Positions 8,212-16,958 of a stretch of 64,000 nucleotides of DNA are shown one piece after another. The position numbers and the translations under genes are program-made. Positions within the stretch are counted from its first letter, which is position 1. Each line of letters opens with the position of its first letter. The notes beneath the pieces are model-generated. The model made no database searches. It worked only from the letters and a program-made list of their open reading frames with translations, and was not told where the DNA came from. The DNA comes from an uncultured Eubacteriales bacterium (lineage in GTDB: Bacteria; Bacillota; Clostridia; Oscillospirales; CAG-272): positions 3,343-67,342 of the forward strand of contig CAKRQU010000007.1 of NCBI GenBank assembly GCA_934394585.1. Reading direction: 5' to 3'.

Positions 8212-11200
8212 TTATTCTGTTCTCAATGCCACTACAGGGTCCTTTTTCGCGGCACTGCGCGACGGGATTATTCCCGATATGAGCGTGAGAAGCATGCTGA
8301 TGCATACAAGTATCACCGCTACCTCGGGTGCAAGGAAGGCATTCAGATTGCCTATCCCCGTGAGCGAATGGAGAATGAGATTTATCGGTATGCAGAGCAG
8401 ATATGTGATAAGCACGCCGAACATACCCGAAGTGAAACCGATTATCACCGTTTCGGCATTGAACATGCCGGAAACATTCTTTTTCGATGCGCCTATAGCG
8501 CGCAGGATACCGATTTCCTTTGTCCTTTCCTGTACGGAAATGAGCGTGATAACACCTATCATTATTGATGAAACCACGAGCGAAACAGCGACAAAAGCTA
8601 TCAGCACATAAGTTATGGCATTTATAATCGTTGTGACGGAAGACATCATCAGTCCGACATAATCGGTATATGTTATTTTGCCCGATTCGTCCTTTCCCGC
8701 ATTGTAGGAATCTATGATGCTTTCAAGCGTTTCTTTATCCGCAAAGGAAGCGGCATAGAGATTTACCGTGGCGGGTTCTTCTTTCTCGGCATAACCGAGC
8801 ATGAGCATTACATCGTCATAGCTCATATCGGAAAATTCCGTTACTTCGGAATAATACTCCGCGCATACCGCATCGGAATATCCCGCACATTCCGCATCGA
8901 GAGCCGCGGCGAGCTGTTCCGCGGGAACAGCGGAAAGACTTGCCTTTACCTGCTGTGCGTATTGCTCCTTTACCCGCTCCGATATTATCTCGCGAAAGAG
9001 CGCTTCCAACTTTTCGCTGCCCATTTCATTTATATATTCGCGGATTTCGTCTTCACCCATGCCTGTTTCCGCGCTCATGGCGGAAACAAGACTTTCCGTC
9101 ATCTGCTCTATGGTCATGGCTGACATGGCTTTTTCCGTGGCGTCATTTACAAATTCCGCTGTCGGAATTGATTTTATTTTTATATAAGCCTCCGCTTTTT
9201 CGCTTGCGGAAAGGGAAGCGATATAATTTCTGAATTTCTCGGCTTTCTGCGCTTCGGAAAGCGAAGATGCGCTTTCCGCAAAGGGAAGCCCCGTGAATAT
9301 ATCCGTATTCGGCGAGGCTTTCTGAGCCTTTACCGCATCGGATTCCGCCGTTTTTTCTATGATATATTCGGTGAGCGCGTGCGTATAGCCTATAGAGCCG
9401 GTTATCATCGGCGAAAGCGCATCTTCCTTCGGGCGGATAATGCCTACTACTTTCAGATCCGTTCCGTTATCGTAGAGATAACGCATGCCCGCATCCGTGG
9501 TACTGATATCATTGTAAAGTCCGCTCGTGCCGCTTTTTGCGTATTTCTGAGCGTCGGTCACCATGCGGAAAGTCATGCCGCAAAGCTCTTCGTAAGACCA
9601 TTTGTATGTTTCTACGGGAAGCTCGGTCTTATTTACGGCGGCTTCCATGATTTTATTTATTTCCTCTTCGGATTTCAGCCCGAGAGCATAAAGCGTGATA
9701 TCATCGATTTCGTTGTTTTTGTCCGCCACGAGGACTATCTGATCATAGCTTGCAGGCCATGAGCCGTATACCAGATCATATTGCTTTTCGAGTAGCGGAT
9801 TTATCATTTTGCCGTTGCTTCCGGAGAGCAATTCCTGCCACGTGCCGAAGGACGACGCGGGCGTGAGGGACGAGAATATTCCCGCATCGGACGACGCGGA
9901 TGTGCCTGCGTTCATCATTGCACTGCCGAAATATTTGGCGAGCAGTTTTCTTGTCAGTTCTTCGGAATCGGAACGGATTATTTTGCCGTCCACATTTTCG
10001 GTATAGACATTCAGAGAGAAATTGTATGTGTACTGCACGCCGGAAAGCGCGGCGTAAAGCTCGCTTTCGGGATCCGCCATCTCTTTTTCTATAAACGAGC
10101 GGAAATCGCGCAGATTGTTGTCGCGCTGACCGATATTGCTCATGGCATTTACAAATTCATACATGGACGGTTTCTGATAAATGCCGTCTTTTTCATGCAA
10201 AACGGATGAGGCGGCAGGCGACATGAAAGTTTTCATCAGATCGCCGAAATCGGTATGCTTTGCCTCTATCGTGAGGGGATAGGAGGAAAGCGTTTCCTCC
10301 TGCACAGCATTTATATAGCTTGTCATGCCTTGTGATACGGCGCATACGAGCGCTATTCCTATTATGCCGATGCTGCCCGCAAATGATGTGAGCACGGTTC
10401 TGCCTTTTTTGGTGAACAGATTTTTGAGCGAAAGCATGAAAGCCGTGGAAAAAGACATGGACGGCTTTTTCTTTTGCTTTTTGCCCTTTGCGCTCTGAAT
10501 ATCCGCGCTGTCCTTTTCGTGCTCGGCAACGGTTTCCGCCTCGGAAAGCGGTTTTGTATCTCCGATGATTTCGCCGTCGAGCATGCGGATTATGCGCGAG
10601 GAATATTTTTCGGCAAGCTCGGGATTGTGAGTTACCATTATTATAAGGCGGCTCTCGGAAATTTTTTTCAGGATTTCCATCACCTGTATGCTCGTTTCCG
10701 TATCGAGCGCGCCCGTAGGCTCGTCGGCGAGGATTATTTCGGGATCGTTTACTAGGGCGCGCGCTATGGCTACGCGCTGCATCTGACCGCCCGACATTTC
10801 CGCGGGCTTTTTGTGAAGCTGATTTCCCAGTCCCACTTCCTCGAGCGCTTTTATCGCGCGGGATTTGCGCTCCGCTTTCGGTATTCCGGAAAGAGCGAGC
10901 GAAAGCTCCACGTTTTGCAGTACGCTCTGATGCGGGATCAGATTATAGCTCTGAAAAACGAAGCCTATGGAATGATTGCGATAGGCGTCCCAGTCGCGAT
11001 CGCGGAAATCCTTTGTTGATCTGCCGTTTATTGTGAGATCGCCCGAGGTATAATGATCGAGCCCGCCTATGATATTCAGCAGGGTGGTTTTTCCGCATCC
11101 TGACGGACCGAGAACCGAAACAAATTCGCTTTTGCGGAAAGCGAGATTTATACCGCGCAGCGCTTTTACCGTCATATCTCCCGCACAGTAATTTTTTTTG

Positions 11201-11220
11201 ATATTTTTGAGTTCGAGCAT
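8212..11220 (-). CDS. fused ABC transporter ATP-binding protein / FtsX-family permease (MacB-like) with a very large extracytoplasmic domain
   Basis: N-terminal Walker A GPSGCGKTT, LSGGQ signature and Walker [11 protein letters not shown]. One TM, ~550 aa of non-membrane region, then a C-terminal FtsX 3-TM bundle. 1002 aa. Confidence 0.9.
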   Translation of the reverse strand: MLELKNIKKNYCAGDMTVKALRGINLAFRKSEFVSVLGPSGCGKTTLLNIIGGLDHYTSGDLTINGRSTKDFRDRDWDAYRNHSIGFVFQSYNLIPHQSVLQNVELSLALSGIPKAERKSRAIKALEEVGLGNQLHKKPAEMSGGQMQRVAIARALVNDPEIILADEPTGALDTETSIQVMEILKKISESRLIIMVTHNPELAEKYSSRIIRMLDGEIIGDTKPLSEAETVAEHEKDSADIQSAKGKKQKKKPSMSFSTAFMLSLKNLFTKKGRTVLTSFAGSIGIIGIALVCAVSQGMTSYINAVQEETLSSYPLTIEAKHTDFGDLMKTFMSPAASSVLHEKDGIYQKPSMYEFVNAMSNIGQRDNNLRDFRSFIEKEMADPESELYAALSGVQYTYNFSLNVYTENVDGKIIRSDSEELTRKLLAKYFGSAMMNAGTSASSDAGIFSSLTPASSFGTWQELLSGSNGKMINPLLEKQYDLVYGSWPASYDQIVLVADKNNEIDDITLYALGLKSEEEINKIMEAAVNKTELPVETYKWSYEELCGMTFRMVTDAQKYAKSGTSGLYNDISTTDAGMRYLYDNGTDLKVVGIIRPKEDALSPMITGSIGYTHALTEYIIEKTAESDAVKAQKASPNTDIFTGLPFAESASSLSEAQKAEKFRNYIASLSASEKAEAYIKIKSIPTAEFVNDATEKAMSAMTIEQMTESLVSAMSAETGMGEDEIREYINEMGSEKLEALFREIISERVKEQYAQQVKASLSAVPAEQLAAALDAECAGYSDAVCAEYYSEVTEFSDMSYDDVMLMLGYAEKEEPATVNLYAASFADKETLESIIDSYNAGKDESGKITYTDYVGLMMSSVTTIINAITYVLIAFVAVSLVVSSIMIGVITLISVQERTKEIGILRAIGASKKNVSGMFNAETVIIGFTSGMFGVLITYLLCIPINLILHSLTGIGNLNAFLAPEVAVILVCISMLLTLISGIIPSRSAAKKDPVVALRTE

Positions 11221-11368
11221 TTTCTACCTCTCCATATTTATTTAAACAAAAATTATTATACATTATAAAAGGAATAATTCAATGAACACAATTTTAATTT
11301 TTTGTATACAAACGTCGCGTGGCATAAGTATGCGTGCTTTTTGCATATAATTTCACGAGGTGATTATA

Positions 11369-11659
11369 ATGGAAAGATTCAGCGTAAACGATATGCGTGA
11401 CAAAGAGGTGATAAACGTATGCGACGGGAAACGGCTCGGATACATTTACGATGTGGAAATAAATGTGGTATCCGGCTGTGTGGTGGCGATAGTCGTGCTT
11501 TTCGATTGCCGTGTTTTCGGTTTCGGAAAATGCGAGGAGCTTGTCATCCCGTGGGACAGAATATCGTGTTTCGGCGCGGATGCCGTGCTCGTGAATGTGG
11601 GAACAGATATTTACGACAGGCTGAAATGCTGTGACAAAGGCGGCAAAAAGGGAAAATAA
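11369..11659 (+). CDS. ylmC: YlmC/YmxH family sporulation protein (PRC-barrel)
   Basis: MERFSVNDMRDKEVINVCDGKRLGYIYDVEI is typical of YlmC/YmxH. I prefer ATG 11369 (GAGGTG RBS 7 nt upstream) over the track GTG at 11360. Confidence 0.85.
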   Translation: MERFSVNDMRDKEVINVCDGKRLGYIYDVEINVVSGCVVAIVVLFDCRVFGFGKCEELVIPWDRISCFGADAVLVNVGTDIYDRLKCCDKGGKKGK

Positions 11660-11711
11660 AATGAAATTCCGATTTGAATTGTAAACTTTTTGTGAACAAA
11701 ACGCTTTTTTC

Positions 11712-11740
11712 TTGCAATAATATATACTGTATGATAAAAT
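11712..11740 (+). promoter_or_regulatory. sigma-A type promoter of rpsB-tsf
   Basis: TTGCAA, 17-bp spacer ending in TGA, then TAAAAT. Confidence 0.5.
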
Positions 11741-11882
11741 AAATCGGATTTGCGGAAAACGCCGCAAATACTAATATTTTATAAAATTCTCACATCCGGC
11801 AGGCGGCGTGCTTCGGTTCCGGTTTATTTACGGTTGGCGCGCGTGGGCACGGGTGGCGGAAGAAACCAAAAAGGAGTAAAAA

Positions 11883-12623
11883 ATGGCAGTTATCACACTC
11901 AAACAGTTGCTTGAAGCGGGCGTTCATTTCGGACACCCCAAGAGAAGATGGAACCCGAAAATGGCGGAATACATCTTCACGCAGAGAAACGACACCTACA
12001 TTCTCGACCTTTCCAAGACAATAGTAAAGGTTGAGGAAGCTTATGCTTTCGTTCGCGAGCTCGCATCCGAGGGCGGCACGGTGCTTTTCGTAGGCACAAA
12101 GAAGCAGGCTGCTGAAGCTATCAAAGAAGAAGCAGAGCGCTGCGGTATGTACTATGTAAACGTTCGTTGGCTCGGCGGTATGCTCACAAACTACAATACA
12201 ATCAAAAAGAGCATAGCTCGTCTTGAAAGTCTCGAAAAGATGCAGGAAGACGGCACATTCAATCTGCTTCCCAAGAAGGAAGTGGCAAACCTCGTAAAGG
12301 AAATGACAGCCCTCGAGAAAAACCTCGGCGGTATCAAGACAATGCCCGGTCTGCCTTCCGCTATTTTCGTAGTTGATACGAGAAAAGAGCACAATGCTAT
12401 ACTTGAAGCAAAGAAGCTCGGTATTCCGGTTATCGCAATAGTTGATACAAACTGCGATCCCGATGACGCCGATTATATCATCCCCGGAAACGACGATGCT
12501 ATCCGTTCCATCAGACTCATTTCCTCTGTTCTTGCCGATGCAGTAATCGAAGGCAAGCAGGGTGAAGATGCCGCTTCCAAGACAGAAGAGGCAGCAGAAG
12601 AAACCGCGGAAGCTGCCGAATAA
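11883..12623 (+). CDS. rpsB: 30S ribosomal protein S2
   Basis: [27 protein letters not shown] is a canonical S2 N-terminus. Confidence 0.97.
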   Translation: MAVITLKQLLEAGVHFGHPKRRWNPKMAEYIFTQRNDTYILDLSKTIVKVEEAYAFVRELASEGGTVLFVGTKKQAAEAIKEEAERCGMYYVNVRWLGGMLTNYNTIKKSIARLESLEKMQEDGTFNLLPKKEVANLVKEMTALEKNLGGIKTMPGLPSAIFVVDTRKEHNAILEAKKLGIPVIAIVDTNCDPDDADYIIPGNDDAIRSIRLISSVLADAVIEGKQGEDAASKTEEAAEETAEAAE

Positions 12624-12663
12624 TCGGTTTCCCGTAATTTTTAAAAAACAGGAGGACAATAAT

Positions 12664-13593
12664 ATGGCTAATATTTCCGCACAGATGGTTGGCGATCTCA
12701 AGAAAAAGACAGGCGCAGGTCTTATGGACTGCAAAAAGGCGCTCGTAGAAACAAACGGCGATGTTGACGCCGCTATAAAGCTTCTCCGTGAAAAGGGTCT
12801 TTCCGTTGCCGCTAAAAAGGCAGACAGAATCGCCGCAGAGGGCGTTGTCGATATTATGAAAGAGGGCAATGTCACAGCTATGGTAGAGGTTAACTCCGAA
12901 ACCGACTTTGTTGCAAAGAACGCTACATTCGGCGAATTTGTAAAGGGCATTCTCCGCACGATAATCGCTTTCAAGCCCGCTACCGTAGAGGAGCTTTTCA
13001 CACTCAAATTCGACGGTACGGATTTCACAGTGGAAGAAGCTCTCAAGGATAAAATCTACACCATAGGCGAGAACATCTCCATCAGACGTTTTGTAATCGT
13101 TGAAGGCATCACGAGCACATATATCCACGGCGCAGGCGTTACGGGCGTTATCATCAAATTCGAAGCTGACGACGCAGCCGTAAACAATCCCGGCTTTGCC
13201 GCATTTGCAAAGAATATAGCTCTCCAGCTCGGCGCTTATGCCACACCTTATCTCGATCCCGCATCCGTTCCCGCAAACGTTATCGCAGAGGAAACGGCTA
13301 TCATCAAGGAGCAGATAAAGAACGATCCCAAGAATGCTTCCAAGCCCGATGCAATCATCGAAAAGATGGCTGCCGGTAAGCTCGGCAAGTTCTATGAGCA
13401 GAACTGCCTCACAGAGCAGACTTACGTAAAGGACGAGTCCCTTACTGTAAACAAGTATGTTGCGGCTTGCGCAAAGGAATTCGGCGGCAGCATCAAGATT
13501 GCAGGATTTGAGCGTTTTGAGCGCGGCGAAGGCATCCAGAAGCGCGAGGACAACCTCGGCGACGAAGTTGCCAAGATGATCGGCAAGAAATAA
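12664..13593 (+). CDS. tsf: translation elongation factor Ts
   Basis: MANISAQMVGDLKKKTGAGLMDCKKAL is a canonical EF-Ts N-terminus. ATG 12664 is preceded by AGGAGG. The track start at 12562 would overlap rpsB. Confidence 0.96.
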   Translation: MANISAQMVGDLKKKTGAGLMDCKKALVETNGDVDAAIKLLREKGLSVAAKKADRIAAEGVVDIMKEGNVTAMVEVNSETDFVAKNATFGEFVKGILRTIIAFKPATVEELFTLKFDGTDFTVEEALKDKIYTIGENISIRRFVIVEGITSTYIHGAGVTGVIIKFEADDAAVNNPGFAAFAKNIALQLGAYATPYLDPASVPANVIAEETAIIKEQIKNDPKNASKPDAIIEKMAAGKLGKFYEQNCLTEQTYVKDESLTVNKYVAACAKEFGGSIKIAGFERFERGEGIQKREDNLGDEVAKMIGKK

Positions 13594-13612
13594 TTTGCAT
13601 TTTATGCATAAT

Positions 13613-13640
13613 AGGGCGGCTTTTGCCGCCCTTATTTTTT
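13613..13640 (+). terminator. intrinsic terminator of tsf
   Basis: AGGGCGGC-TTTT-GCCGCCCT followed by TATTTTTT. It shares the GGGCGGC/GCCGCCC stem with the terminators at 8166-8199 and 60888-60918. Confidence 0.85.
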
Positions 13641-14442
13641 ATTTTTGCGGGAGGGTGGGTACTTTGTCCCCTATGGGGAAGCGATCGCGCTTTTGAGTGA
13701 CCAAAAGCGCGGCAAAAGTCATCAAAGGAAGGCTCCTCGCCCTCCTTTGCAAACTACCTCGCACCCCGTCGAGTTAGCCGCGGGAAGTAATGCGCGGCAA
13801 GTATGTGCTACATATAGCAAAACGAAAAAGCTTTTGTCTATCTCTCCGCGTATCATCAGCCATATCGCGCGTGCGAACAAAGTATCCCGCAAAAAGCGAG
13901 CAGATTCGACTGGGGTGGGTGGCTCCACGCCGAAAGTTTAGCTACACTTCTCACTGTAGGCTAAACTCCGACTGCGCGAGCATGGCTTGATGGACATCGA
14001 AACGGAGCAACTATAGTTCTGATTTGAGCAGGCAAAAGTCCGTGTTAAGCGTGGGTTTGAACCGCGCTTCCGGTTTAGTCTACGATGGGACTGTCGGGGC
14101 AGTATGTTCGCACGAGTCGCCGTGAGGCGACAGAAGGAGATGAAAAGAGGAATTGACACATACGCGCAGCGTGTGTGTCGGCGTCGCCGAGACAGGAGTT
14201 GCCTTCCTCTTTTTGACTTTTGGTATACTCCGTCTCGGCGACGCCGTTCAGAGGTGGCTCCGCCACCCTGAACCCTCCTCTTGGTCACGCAAAAGTACAC
14301 CTTCGTCCCCTCGCGGGGGACAAAGTAACTTTTTGATACTTTTTTACAAAAAAGTATGCCTGCCGCCACTCCCCGCAGTGGAGATTCTTTTCCCGCTTTT
14401 CTGCGGGAAGAAAAGCACACCCTCACGCAGGGACAAAAAATC
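13641..14442 (+). repeat. composite non-coding repeat element, copy B; ends approximate
   Basis: Same core and flank modules as copies A and C. Adds a perfect 15-bp stem (14179-14193 / 14232-14246) and a GGTGGC-TCC-GCCACC module. Confidence 0.85.
13711..14131 (+). ncRNA. candidate structured ncRNA core, copy B
   Basis: Aligns end to end with 7579-7998. The terminal hairpin loop is GTGA (still GNRA). The variable domain is replaced by the 8-bp hairpin AGTTTAGC/GCTAAACT (13935-13967). Confidence 0.45.
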
Positions 14443-14508
14443 CAGTATTCTATATAATATAAGTGCGGAAAAACATTCTGCACTTATTTTTATATTGGAG
14501 TGATTGAG

Positions 14509-15513
14509 ATGAAAAACAAAAAGATAGCCGTGATGGGCGCGACGGGAGCCGTGGGCAGAGAAATGCTCACGATTCTGGAGGAATACGGCATACCTGCAAA
14601 AAATATAATCCCGCTTTCGAGCAGCAGAAGCGCGGGAAAGCATTTGCCATACAGCGGCGGCGAGCTTACCGTGCGCGAATGTACAGAGAAAAGCTTTGAC
14701 GGCGCGGATATTGTTCTCGGCGCGACGGGTGCCGATACTGCAAGACACTTTGCGCCGTCGATAAAGGAAAGCGGCGCGGTATTTATCGATAATTCCAGTG
14801 CATTCCGCATGCGCGACGATGTGCCGCTCGTCATTCCCGAGATAAACGGAGATGATGCACTGCGGCACAATGGGATAATATCAAATCCGAACTGCTCCAC
14901 GATAATAACGCTGATGGCGGTTTACCCGCTGCACAGGCTTTCACCTATCGAACGTATGGTGGTTTCCACATATCAGGCAGTGAGCGGCGCAGGTCGTGAC
15001 GGCATGGAAGAGCTTATCGCGCAGAACAGGGCGGCAGCAGAGGGCAGAGAAGCCGAAAGCCGTGTCTTTGCCCACAGAATAGCGGAAAATCTGATACCGA
15101 AAATAGGCGGCATCACCGAAGAGGGATATACGAGCGAGGAAATGAAAATGCAAAACGAGGGGCGCAAAATATTGCATACGCCGACGCTTGCCGTCACCTG
15201 CACATGCGTGCGCGTCCCCGTGATGCGTTCTCATTCGATTTCGGCGGCGATATATACGAGAGAAGCGATATCCGTTTCCGCGGCGAGAAAAGCGATAGAC
15301 GATTTTGGCGGCGATGTGCTTTACGATGTGCCGGAGGAAGAAATATATCCAATGCCGATAACTGCCGAGGGCAAAAACGATGTTTATGTGGGCAGAATAC
15401 GCCGTGCGCTTGACAGTCCGCATGGCATAGCGCTGTGGTGCTCTGGCGACCAGATACGCAAAGGAGCGGCGGCAAATGCCGTGCAGATAGCGGAATATAT
15501 CTGCAGAAAATAA
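14509..15513 (+). CDS. asd: aspartate-semialdehyde dehydrogenase
   Basis: KIAVMGATGAVG NAD-binding start, NPNCSTI active-site Cys motif and SGDQIRKGAA C-terminus. ATG 14509 lies 8 nt after GGAG. Confidence 0.95.
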   Translation: MKNKKIAVMGATGAVGREMLTILEEYGIPAKNIIPLSSSRSAGKHLPYSGGELTVRECTEKSFDGADIVLGATGADTARHFAPSIKESGAVFIDNSSAFRMRDDVPLVIPEINGDDALRHNGIISNPNCSTIITLMAVYPLHRLSPIERMVVSTYQAVSGAGRDGMEELIAQNRAAAEGREAESRVFAHRIAENLIPKIGGITEEGYTSEEMKMQNEGRKILHTPTLAVTCTCVRVPVMRSHSISAAIYTREAISVSAARKAIDDFGGDVLYDVPEEEIYPMPITAEGKNDVYVGRIRRALDSPHGIALWCSGDQIRKGAAANAVQIAEYICRK

Positions 15514-15542
15514 AACTTTTTTGTAAACAAAGCGTGTGCGTA

Positions 15543-15571
15543 TTGACTTCGCGCCTTTTGTCAATTATAAT
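15543..15571 (+). promoter_or_regulatory. sigma-A type promoter upstream of the 15632 lipoprotein gene
   Basis: TTGACT, 17-bp spacer, TATAAT. Confidence 0.55.
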
Positions 15572-15631
15572 TATAAAAGAAATATAAAACGCGATATGCG
15601 GAGAAAATAAAAAGAAAAGGAATTTTCAGGC

Positions 15632-16495
15632 ATGAAAAAGCTTTTTTGCCTTGTTACAGCGCTTGTTTTCGTATTTGCTTTTGTGTCATGCTCGGCGGGC
15701 GTTTCCGTTCCGTACAGGACCATACAGCTGGCAAACAGATACAGTGAAATATTTTCCGAAAAAAGCGATATCGCGGCTTTTCGCGAAACTCTGGATTACG
15801 GCGACTATTCGTATTCCGTTTATTATGAAAAGGTGTATAACGGAAAACTTTTGACATACAATATAGCCGAAACCGCGCCGGACTATGCTTTATATGCGCG
15901 CAACGGCAGAATTTTTATAGAAAAGAACGGCAAAAAATACGCGCTTTTGCAGATAAGCGGAACTTATTCCGATTTTGTAGGGAAGTATGCGGAGTATGAT
16001 CATCCGCTGGATGCGGGAAGTCACTATCAGGTGCGCTCGGAGAAGAGAGCGGAGGGCGGCTATGATGTGATATACAAGGCGCAGATTACGCCGCAGACGG
16101 AAGGAGAGCTTGCCGACTATAAAGTTAAGCTGGGAGAATATATTTTCTCCCGCCATATAATAGACGGAAACAACATTTGCGAAAGCGTGGAATATTCCAC
16201 GGGAAAAAGCGAGGGCGAGCGTTTTCTTCTGAAGCGCACTTTTGAATATTATACCGAGCCGCAGAATATTTTCGGCGATGTGCCCGAGAGCGATGTCAAA
16301 GTAAAAATAATATATTCAGGCACGAGAAGCGCGGAATTTTCCGTGCCGGCGGGTTATTTTATCGGATTTGACATGCCCGATGTAAGCTATGATTTTTTCC
16401 GCGATGCCGACTTTACGGAAGCTTTTGACGCAGAAGATGTTCCGATTACAGAAAATATCACCTTGTATGCGAGAGCGCGCGGAAAAAACGGATAA
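15632..16495 (+). CDS. hypothetical lipoprotein
   Basis: Signal peptide with lipobox FVSC-SAG. No family recognised. Confidence 0.7.
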   Translation: MKKLFCLVTALVFVFAFVSCSAGVSVPYRTIQLANRYSEIFSEKSDIAAFRETLDYGDYSYSVYYEKVYNGKLLTYNIAETAPDYALYARNGRIFIEKNGKKYALLQISGTYSDFVGKYAEYDHPLDAGSHYQVRSEKRAEGGYDVIYKAQITPQTEGELADYKVKLGEYIFSRHIIDGNNICESVEYSTGKSEGERFLLKRTFEYYTEPQNIFGDVPESDVKVKIIYSGTRSAEFSVPAGYFIGFDMPDVSYDFFRDADFTEAFDAEDVPITENITLYARARGKNG

Positions 16496-16532
16496 AAAAG
16501 CGAAAAAAAGATAAAAAAATCTCAAAAATGTA

Positions 16533-16561
16533 TTGACAAGCAGGATTACTTGTGATATAAT
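16533..16561 (+). promoter_or_regulatory. consensus sigma-A promoter of the tRNA-Thr/tRNA-Tyr pair
   Basis: TTGACA, 17-bp spacer ending in TGTGA, then TATAAT. Perfect hexamers. Confidence 0.7.
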
Positions 16562-16598
16562 ATCAACCGTCGCCGAGAGAAATACGACGACGGAAAAT

Positions 16599-16673
16599 GC
16601 TGGTGTGGCTCAATGGCAGAGCAGCTGATTTGTAATCAGCAGGTTGATGGTTCGACTCCGTTCACCAGCTCCA
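16599..16673 (+). tRNA. tRNA-Thr (anticodon UGU), CCA encoded
   Basis: Cloverleaf folded by hand: acceptor GCTGGTG/CACCAGC, anticodon loop TT-TGT-AA, T loop TTCGACT. Confidence 0.9.
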
Positions 16674-16676
16674 TAC

Positions 16677-16761
16677 GGGAGCGTTCCCGAGCGGCCAAAG
16701 GGGGCAGACTGTAAATCTGTTGTCACTGACTTCGGTGGTCCGAATCCACCCGCTCCCACCA
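16677..16761 (+). tRNA. tRNA-Tyr (anticodon GUA), long variable arm, CCA encoded
   Basis: Acceptor GGGAGCG/CGCTCCC, anticodon loop CT-GTA-AA, T loop TCCGAATCC region. Confidence 0.9.
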
Positions 16762-16763
16762 AA

Positions 16764-16797
16764 AATGCGAAAGCTTGTGCTTTCGCATTTTTCTTTT
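16764..16797 (+). terminator. intrinsic terminator after the tRNA pair
   Basis: AATGCGAAAGC-TTGT-GCTTTCGCATT followed by a T run. Confidence 0.8.
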
Positions 16798-16811
16798 GCC
16801 CTAATGGGATT

Positions 16812-16897
16812 TGGTGCGCTTTTTGTCAGTAAAAAGCGCGATCGTACCGCGGGCGACCGCAGTCGCCCGCCCTTTCTCTCGGCAGAGAAAGAAACAT
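16812..16897 (-). repeat. solo fragment of the repeat-element flank (hairpin modules only, no core)
   Basis: The reverse complement matches 7497-7578 of copy A: TCTC..GAGA hairpin, GGGCGGGCGACTGCGGTCGCCCG hairpin, and CGCGCTTTTT-ACTGAC-AAAAAGCGCG hairpin. Confidence 0.8.
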
Positions 16898-16901
16898 TGC
16901 A

Positions 16902-16930
16902 TTGAAATCCGGCGGGATATGTGATATAAT
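16902..16930 (+). promoter_or_regulatory. sigma-A type promoter of the LytTR regulator / kinase genes
   Basis: TTGAAA, 17-bp spacer ending in TGTGA, then TATAAT. It lies directly next to the solo repeat fragment. Confidence 0.6.
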
Positions 16931-16958
16931 GAAAAAAACACAAAAAAGGAGCACCGAT

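Noticed and set aside
12562-12663. Upstream-extended starts given by the ORF track: tsf 12562, dGTPase-like 33211, ABC ATPase 48257, response regulator 16902, second exporter 20253, spoIIGA 29387.
   Set aside because: The extensions overlap upstream genes or promoters, lack an RBS, and add non-homologous basic leaders. Internal starts with an RBS match the conserved N-termini.
14330-14508. Lysine riboswitch or asd RNA motif upstream of asd.
   Set aside because: The sequence consists of repeat-element hairpin modules plus a short AAGTGC/GCACTT hairpin. No L-box conserved core was recognisable.
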